A stretch of DNA of 32,000 nucleotides, from NCBI RefSeq assembly GCF_000092105.1, contig NC_014148.1, positions 1,230,001 through 1,262,000 of the forward strand, written 5' to 3'. This DNA comes from Planctopirus limnophila DSM 3776. GTDB taxonomy: Bacteria > Planctomycetota > Planctomycetia > Planctomycetales > Planctomycetaceae. How positions within the stretch are numbered: the first letter of the stretch is position 1; the number at the start of each line of letters is the position of its first letter. Below the pieces are notes generated by a model that saw nothing but the letters and a program-made list of their open reading frames with translations, had not been told where the DNA came from and ran no database searches. A program made the translations under genes and the position numbers. This document shows positions 7,523 through 12,655 of the stretch, piece by piece.

Positions 7523-7768
7523 ACAGAACAGGTATTCGACCGCCGAAGTGCGGTAGAATTTTACCGCACTTCGGCGGCGTAGTATGGACGTGTCGAAATT
7601 GATTTGTCAAACTGCGAAAATAGTTGCGACGAACCGCTGATGACAACTCCATGCGACTCCGCACTTGGCCTCCATAGTAGGCCGCACTCTTCACAATCGC
7701 GACCCGACGTGCGTCCGTCACCTCCAGCCTGACACCAATCGCAGCGGTTAGCACAAACGAGTCCTGCC
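7523..7768 (-). repeat. ~245-nt composite repeat: conserved ~85-nt 5' module + attC-like palindrome ending GTTCTGT (copy 1 of 3)
   Basis: Copies at 10972-11218 and 11774-11980. Conserved module: GGACTCGTTTGTGCTAACCGCTGCGATTGGTGTCAGGCTGGAGGTGACGGACGCACGTCGGGTCGCGATTGTGAAGA. The arms CCAAGTGCGG... / ...CCGCACTTCGG pair. This copy has an extra perfect 16-bp hairpin at 7540-7577. Confidence 0.55.
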
Positions 7769-8043
7769 TCTTTTTCTGACCCGTCGTCGGTATGCCCACC
7801 GATGTCCTGGTATCCGAACATATCCTCGGTCATCTCGTGCTCTAGACGCACGTCAATCCGGTGCCCGCTGTGGTCTGCCAAGAACTTCGAAAGCACTTGG
7901 TTGAGTTGCTGCCGCGCCCAGTGAGCAGGTTCTTCGGGCCCGCCAATATGGAAAGCAAACGGACGGTAGTTGCAATGGAGCGCCTTACCAAGGAACAGCG
8001 ACTGTCGGCAGTCGTGGCAGTTTAAGTAGCCGTAAATGCTCAT
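7561..8043 (-). CDS. hypothetical protein; 3' third is read out of the composite repeat
   Basis: ATG at 8043 (MSIYGYLNCHDCRQ...). The track start at 8130 lies inside the upstream attC-like site. The unique sequence ends near 7775 without a stop. The frame continues through the repeat (…GLVCANRCDWCQAGGDGRTSGRDCEECG…) to TAA at 7561. Confidence 0.5.
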   Translation of the reverse strand: MSIYGYLNCHDCRQSLFLGKALHCNYRPFAFHIGGPEEPAHWARQQLNQVLSKFLADHSGHRIDVRLEHEMTEDMFGYQDIGGHTDDGSEKEAGLVCANRCDWCQAGGDGRTSGRDCEECGLLWRPSAESHGVVISGSSQLFSQFDKSISTRPYYAAEVR

Positions 8044-8063
8044 CGCCGTGAAGACCTCTGGTT

Positions 8064-8154
8064 GCCGAACGGCTAAAATCACTCGGTTGCCGCTAAGAGA
8101 CTTTGACTTCAGGAAACGCCCGATCGGCAACTCAGGTGCATTTTTTGGTTCGTC
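8064..8154 (-). repeat. attC-like site (90-nt family)
   Basis: Minus strand: GACGAAC-cAAAAAT[G]CAC[C]TGAGTTGCCG-atcgggcgtttcctgaagtcaaagtctcttag-CGGCAACCGAGTGATTTT-agcc-GTTCGGC. The outer boxes are complementary except for 1 nt. Confidence 0.6.
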
Positions 8155-8162
8155 CTTGTCTG

Positions 8163-8543
8163 CTATTCAGGATGATACTTTCCGGACGAAAGTCCATCGA
8201 ACAACTCAATCGGGTTAGCGGTAAACTTCGCCGCATTCGAATTGCGAACAGCAGCAAGCAGCAAATCTAATTTGGGTTCAGCAAGAATATCGTTCGTGAG
8301 CACCAGCAGCCAATCAAAGTGACAGGCCAACTTTGTCACACCGTTTGCAAATTCTTTGTATTCCGTCGGAAGGGCAATCCTGCACGATACTTCCACGATT
8401 CTTGCGGTCTCGTAGACAAAATGGATGCGGTTCCCGTTTTCCGATCCCCACATCAGGATCTCGTTCGACCATGAATGATACTGATGTGAAATGGCGTCAA
8501 CAATCGGCGCCACGTCACAGCCGGGTTGTTGCTGCCATGCCAA
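8163..8543 (-). CDS. hypothetical protein (cassette ORF)
   Basis: 126 aa. TTG start at 8543 is preceded by GAGGA 7 nt upstream. The start is uncertain and no domain is recognised. Confidence 0.5.
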   Translation of the reverse strand: MAWQQQPGCDVAPIVDAISHQYHSWSNEILMWGSENGNRIHFVYETARIVEVSCRIALPTEYKEFANGVTKLACHFDWLLVLTNDILAEPKLDLLLAAVRNSNAAKFTANPIELFDGLSSGKYHPE

Positions 8544-8661
8544 ATCAAAATCCTCAGCAATCGAGGATTGGGGCAGCGTGCCGTACTTGGCGATCAGTAG
8601 ACCGCAAGGAAGCAGCCCGAATCGGTACTAATGCACAGCCAAATGGTTGCTCCCTTCGGAG

Positions 8662-8753
8662 GACGAACGGCAACCATCACCGAGTGGCCGCCGAAAAAGG
8701 TTCTATAGTCGAGCGCCGCCGATCGGCCAATTCGGTGCATGGTTTTGTTATCG
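8662..8753 (-). repeat. attC-like site (90-nt family)
   Basis: Minus strand: CGATAAC-aaAACCAT[G]CACCGAatTGGCCgatcggcgg...cggcGGCCActCGGTGATGGTT-gcc-GTTCGTC. Confidence 0.6.
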
Positions 8754-8762
8754 GACTGTTCG

Positions 8763-9230
8763 TCAATCCCAGAAGTTGAAGATGATCTCTCCGGACGTGC
8801 TTGGATTGTGCACAAGAATCTGATCGTATTCTGAATCCGACATGTCAACAAGCTCCATTTTGTGAGGAGGAATTGTCAAGTCAGAATGGCTAAGTATCGC
8901 ATAGCCACCAATCTCATTCCAGTAAATGGCGTATTCAGGACGATCAATGAATTTGGCAATCACCTCGCCAACACACATCGGTTCCGCAAATGCGAGCATT
9001 GGATAGTGAGCGTTGAAAAGAATCGCGAACCCATCACTATTGGTCTCGAATGTCACACTGGTGAAGTTCTTCTCCGCCGTCCCAACTCTGCGATCGACCC
9101 GAACAATTTTTGCAGCTAGTTTTCTGGCGAATGCATAACAGTGATTAAGGAATGCTGATTCGTCAGTAGATGGTGGCGGCGGGTCGAGATAGTAATAGAA
9201 CCCCGTGATTCCATAAGGCGGGCGCTGCAT
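8763..9230 (-). CDS. hypothetical protein (cassette ORF)
   Basis: 155 aa with an ATG start (MQRPPYGITGFYYYLDPPPP...). No recognisable domain. Confidence 0.6.
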   Translation of the reverse strand: MQRPPYGITGFYYYLDPPPPSTDESAFLNHCYAFARKLAAKIVRVDRRVGTAEKNFTSVTFETNSDGFAILFNAHYPMLAFAEPMCVGEVIAKFIDRPEYAIYWNEIGGYAILSHSDLTIPPHKMELVDMSDSEYDQILVHNPSTSGEIIFNFWD

Positions 9231-9248
9231 CTCGTCCTTTCCTGTTTC

Positions 9249-9338
9249 CGATAACGTTGGGGTTCAGCGGGCACGAGTGGTTGAGTCGCCATTGCGAAAA
9301 CGGCTGATCGAGTACTCCGTTGCAACCCATTGTTATCG
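9249..9338 (-). repeat. attC-like site (related to the 104-nt family)
   Basis: Minus strand: CGATAAC-...GGGTTgCAaCGGaGtACTCGATCAGCCG-ttttcgcaatggcgactcaa-CCACTCGTGCCCGCTGAACCCC-aac-GTTATCG. The outer 7-mers are perfectly complementary. The TAA stop of gene 9333-9881 lies inside CGATAAC. Confidence 0.65.
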
Positions 9339-9881
9339 CAATTTTCGATCTTCGAATGCGATGGATTTCAAACAGGCAATGTCGATTGATTGGGCATTTG
9401 CATCGTCCGGTTGTTGCACTACGTTCGACTCAATTCCGAATTGAGTCAATCGGCCGTGCAACCATTCCATCTCTGTTCTTGTTCCAGTATACACGACGCC
9501 GGGCATGCGGTTTTTCATAGGAGCGACCTCTTCCATGGTCGTGTTCAAATCGCAATGAAGAATCTTGCAGGCTTGAAGTCGTTTTGGGCCTTCGACAGTG
9601 ATTTGCAATCCCCATCTTCCTGAGGATTCCATGATCTCGTCGCGAATCTCGTTCGGTGGCAGTCCATAGTCGTCGGCTTCAATTGCCATTCCGCAGCTCG
9701 CGCACCGCGTTGATTTAAACCATACAAGACTGGCACCAGCAACGGATTGCCCAAATGCAATGGATGCAGCTGCGCCACAGTCAGTGCATTTGTCCGTATG
9801 AGTCACCATTGATCGTGTCGATCCGTCGGTTTGATAGCGATAACGTCCCGCATCAGCGGGCGGCGGGAGTAAAGCTTCCAT
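9333..9881 (-). CDS. hypothetical protein with CxxC-(26)-CxxC Zn-ribbon-like motif
   Basis: ATG at 9881 (MEALLPPPADAG...). The track start at 10010 is TTG and would overlap the upstream gene by 56 nt. Contains KCTDCGAAAS...STRCASCG. Confidence 0.5.
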   Translation of the reverse strand: MEALLPPPADAGRYRYQTDGSTRSMVTHTDKCTDCGAAASIAFGQSVAGASLVWFKSTRCASCGMAIEADDYGLPPNEIRDEIMESSGRWGLQITVEGPKRLQACKILHCDLNTTMEEVAPMKNRMPGVVYTGTRTEMEWLHGRLTQFGIESNVVQQPDDANAQSIDIACLKSIAFEDRKLR

Positions 9882-9954
9882 TTGTAAAATCGTCTCCACC
9901 GCCGCTCCGTTGCATGCGATGGTTTGCCACAACGTCCTGTGTGACTTAAGGTTA

Positions 9955-10308
9955 TCAAATCCAACCCGCCTTGGCACATGCGGCTGCCGCAATGCCGAGT
10001 AATCCGCCAACGAAGTACGCAGTCGATGACAGTGGCCACGCCGTAAACGAACCGTGGAGCAATCGTTTTCGAATCGCGTGAAGCCCCGTCAGGACGAACG
10101 CGGATCCAACAAGAATCGGAACTACATTTGGCCAGTTTACAAATACACCCAGAATCTGAAGTAGTCCGAAGAATACGAACGCACCGAAGCAAACGGCTTT
10201 CATCGCTGTAATCACAACAAACACTATCCGCTGAGGAGCGGAGGCAGTGTCGATGCCGGAACGCTCAACGCTTGCTGTGCTGGCCAGTGGTGGATCGTAA
10301 GGATTCAT
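9955..10308 (-). CDS. small integral membrane protein (3-4 predicted TM helices)
   Basis: ATG at 10308 (MNPYDPPLAS...). The track start at 10344 is a GTG inside the attC-like site. Hydrophobic stretches: IVFVVITAMKAVCFGAFVFFGLLQILGVF, VVPILVGSAFVLTGL, YFVGGLLGIAAAACA. Confidence 0.6.
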   Translation of the reverse strand: MNPYDPPLASTASVERSGIDTASAPQRIVFVVITAMKAVCFGAFVFFGLLQILGVFVNWPNVVPILVGSAFVLTGLHAIRKRLLHGSFTAWPLSSTAYFVGGLLGIAAAACAKAGWI

Positions 10309-10332
10309 GTTACCGAACGAGTTGTGCTTGTT

Positions 10333-10423
10333 GGCGAACGTCACGCGTCACCGGGTACGCGCGAAAAACTGTCAATTTCAAAACCGCCCGATTCGCGTAC
10401 TCCGGTGCACGCGATTGTTACCC
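10333..10423 (-). repeat. attC-like site (best-formed example)
   Basis: Minus strand: GGGTAAC-aat-CGCGT[G]CACCGG[A]GTACGCG-32 nt-CGCGTACCCGGTGACGCG-tgac-GTTCGCC. An 18-bp perfect stem carries two single-base bulges 6 bp apart on the 5' arm. It starts 1 nt after the TAG stop at 10425. Confidence 0.7.
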
Positions 10424-10424
10424 G

Positions 10425-10943
10425 CTACTTCACCACCCATAATGGCAGTCGTTTCTTAAGTGCGTAGCGAGCAAGTGGAAGCAGTTGGGTAAAAGTTTGG
10501 ATCTCCATGTCGTCGTCGATTAGATCATCATCGTCAGCATAGTGATGGTACAGTTTATCTAGCGAATCGTCATCCGTCGGAAGATTTAGGGCGTTACCGA
10601 TTAGTTCAAGTTCGGCAATTAGATTTGACAGGCAGCCGATGTCCAAATTTGTCGCATCGCCCGGGAATTCAAACGTTCCTGTTTCAGTCTCGATCGGGAC
10701 ATAAACGCCACTCCATGCTTCCATCGACAAGAAGTGCGGAATGGCTTCGGCACCGCACGCATCCGCCGCTCGTTGTTGAAGCGTGGACCATCCGGACCAG
10801 CCCAATTCGTAGGAGTAACGTTCGTCAGTGGAGTCGTAATCGATCGCGTCACCGAAGTGAGCGCGCAATGTGTCCGCAACGAGAGTGCCATGCGGTTCCG
10901 TAAATACAGTCGTCGGTGCAGAAACAGTGAAGACGAGTGCCAT
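10425..10943 (-). CDS. acidic hypothetical protein (cassette ORF)
   Basis: ATG at 10943 (MALVFTVSAPTT...). The track N-terminal extension is repeat-encoded. Asp-rich C-terminal half (…HHYADDDDLIDDDMEIQ…). Confidence 0.6.
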   Translation of the reverse strand: MALVFTVSAPTTVFTEPHGTLVADTLRAHFGDAIDYDSTDERYSYELGWSGWSTLQQRAADACGAEAIPHFLSMEAWSGVYVPIETETGTFEFPGDATNLDIGCLSNLIAELELIGNALNLPTDDDSLDKLYHHYADDDDLIDDDMEIQTFTQLLPLARYALKKRLPLWVVK

Positions 10944-10971
10944 GCCAATGGAGTCAGAAAAGGATTTGGTC

Positions 10972-11218
10972 GGGTAACAGGTATTCGACCGCCAAAGTAC
11001 GGTAGAAAATTGCTGTAGTTTTGCGGTGTGGCGTGGACTTGTCAATTTTAATGTGCCAGATTCTCCAAAGATCTACGACAGATCGTCTCACACAGTCCCA
11101 TGCTATACCGCATTTGGCTACCATACTATGCCGCATTCTTCACAATCGCGACCCGACGTGCGTCCGTCACCTCCTGCCTGACACCAATCGCAGCGGTTAG
11201 CACAAACGAGTCCTAACC
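10972..11218 (-). repeat. ~245-nt composite repeat, copy 2 (ends GTTACCC)
   Basis: Shares the 85-nt module and the terminal ...CTACCGTACTTTGGCGGTCGAATACCTGTTACCC with copies 1 and 3. Confidence 0.55.
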
Positions 11219-11227
11219 CCGTATCCC

Positions 11228-11275
11228 CCACCAACGAGCCGGAAGCGTAAGCGACGGGCACTCTAAAGAGATCAA
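11228..11275. repeat. dispersed ~48-nt repeat (as 1724-1771)
   Basis: ccaccaacgagccggaagcgtaagcgacgggcactc is identical to 1724-1759. Confidence 0.8.
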
Positions 11276-11280
11276 CGCCG

Positions 11281-11388
11281 AAAATTCAAAGGGATCAAAA
11301 ATTCAAAGAGGCCAGGACTCTTCGTTGTCTAAACGATTTCTTGTGCCTATCCTCACCCAGACGTGCAAAGCCACGTCTGGGCCACCCC
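11281..11388 (-). repeat. MITE/REP-like element copy
   Basis: Same family as 3941-4035 and 5103-5196, with a duplicated aaattcaaag end. Confidence 0.7.
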
Positions 11389-11411
11389 CCGATTGTTTGC
11401 CGATTTGTCTG

Positions 11412-11759
11412 CTACGGGCTTCTTCCACTTTCGATCATTTGGAAGTCGTTGCCTTGCTTATGTCTCCATTCTCCCCAAACTACTCCTGTGATCGCAATCG
11501 GCAATAGGGTAAGGCTGATCTTCTTGATGTGATCGTCGGTGAACGACTCCAAGTCCAATCGGAATATCCGGGTTTCAGTCAAACCTGGGGGCGCTGTATG
11601 CGTCCGTGTAATGTCTAATTGAATTCTCTCAACGACCAGGGTGCCAATCGCCCATTCCCAGTAATCCTCAGCATCGAACGAAACGTCGGCAAGACCGAGG
11701 ATATCGGCAATCTCCTCCAGCGAGCATGTCGATCTGAACCAGATGTCCGTAATTTCCAT
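11412..11759 (-). CDS. hypothetical protein (cassette ORF)
   Basis: ATG at 11759 (MEITDIWFRSTCSLEEIADILG...). The track N-terminal 21 aa are repeat-encoded. Confidence 0.55.
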   Translation of the reverse strand: MEITDIWFRSTCSLEEIADILGLADVSFDAEDYWEWAIGTLVVERIQLDITRTHTAPPGLTETRIFRLDLESFTDDHIKKISLTLLPIAITGVVWGEWRHKQGNDFQMIESGRSP

Positions 11760-11773
11760 TGTATTGCCAGTCG

Positions 11774-11980
11774 GCAGAACAGGAATTCGACCGCCGAAGT
11801 GCGGTAGATATTGATTTGTCAAACTGCGAAACGACTTGCGACGAACCGCTGATTATAACTTCATGCTACACCGCACTTGGCCACCAGACGTTGCCGCAAT
11901 CTTCACAATCGCGACCCGACGTGCGTCCGTCACCTCCAGCCTGACACCAATCGCAGCGGTCAGCACAAACGAGTCCTGCC
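11774..11980 (-). repeat. composite repeat, copy 3 (ends GTTCTGC; 5' box GCGGCAAC)
   Basis: Minus strand: ...GCGGCAAC-gtctggtgg-CCAAGTGCGGTGTAG-58 nt-CTACCGCACTTCGG-cggtcgaattcct-GTTCTGC, 14 nt before ATG 11759. Confidence 0.55.
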
Positions 11981-12059
11981 CCCTTTTCCTCCCCTGGGCC
12001 AACCTGCCATTTTTACCTCCGCAGCAGAAAGATGCGGCTCAGCAATCTGTGAGTGGCAC

Positions 12060-12500
12060 TTACAATCTCACATTAACACCTTTCTGATAAAACATATCAG
12101 CCTCGACTGAGGCCAAAGTCTTGGGATGCCAAGCCAGCTCTTCTTCCTGCACCGAGCGGGTAATCATCCGGCCAAGCAAGTATGCATCTCCCACTGCTGA
12201 ATACTGCCAGAAAGTGGTATCCTGATTCCCAATCTCTCGCTTGAAAATAAGATAGGCCAAGTCGAAGAAAACCCTCGCCCAAAACTTGCGCTCATCTCGC
12301 GTGGGAAACTCCCGCTCAATCGCGAACTCATAACCCGGAAAGAACGCGACGCTCCTCTCCCGAAGTCCAGCGATGAAAGGTCTCTCACCATCTGAATCTG
12401 CCGTTTTCTCCGCGACCTGCAATCCAAACTCAATCAGCGAATGAAACCGCTGATTGGAGACGTAGAAGAACTGGTCTTGGTAGGAGATGCAACTGGACAT
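12060..12500 (-). CDS. hypothetical protein (first ORF downstream of uvrB)
   Basis: 146 aa with an ATG start (MSSCISYQDQFFYVSNQRF...). No recognisable domain. Confidence 0.6.
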   Translation of the reverse strand: MSSCISYQDQFFYVSNQRFHSLIEFGLQVAEKTADSDGERPFIAGLRERSVAFFPGYEFAIEREFPTRDERKFWARVFFDLAYLIFKREIGNQDTTFWQYSAVGDAYLLGRMITRSVQEEELAWHPKTLASVEADMFYQKGVNVRL

Positions 12501-12594
12501 ATGCGAGAGATACCTGACTTGTGACTCTCTGGATCAAACGCTCTGAAAATACCATTTGCAAGCTGCACATCAATCGAAAAAGCCATTTAGCCAT

Positions 12595-12626
12595 GTAGGG
12601 TGGGTTAAGTCTGCGCAACCCACCAG
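12595..12626 (-). terminator. REP hairpin 28 nt downstream of the uvrB stop (probable terminator/REP)
   Basis: GTAGGGTGGGTTaagtctgcgcAACCCACCAG with an 8-bp GC-rich stem. Identical to 3795-3826. No clear U-tract, so terminator function is an inference. Confidence 0.45.
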
Positions 12627-12655
12627 CATTAAATAAATAAACCAGTCGATAACAC

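Noticed and set aside
2271-12500. Could the regularly recurring repeats be a CRISPR array?
   Set aside because: The repeats are 80-245 nt and belong to several different families. They are internally palindromic with bulges, and are separated by 350-650-bp protein-coding ORFs rather than 30-40-nt spacers. No cas genes are present.
2352-12500. Search for a cognate toxin, toxin C-terminal fragments or T6SS/T7SS/CDI machinery next to the immunity-type genes
   Set aside because: No long ORF or recognisable toxin, PAAR, Rhs or LXG motif was found on either strand in the window. Absence within 32 kb does not exclude one elsewhere in the genome.
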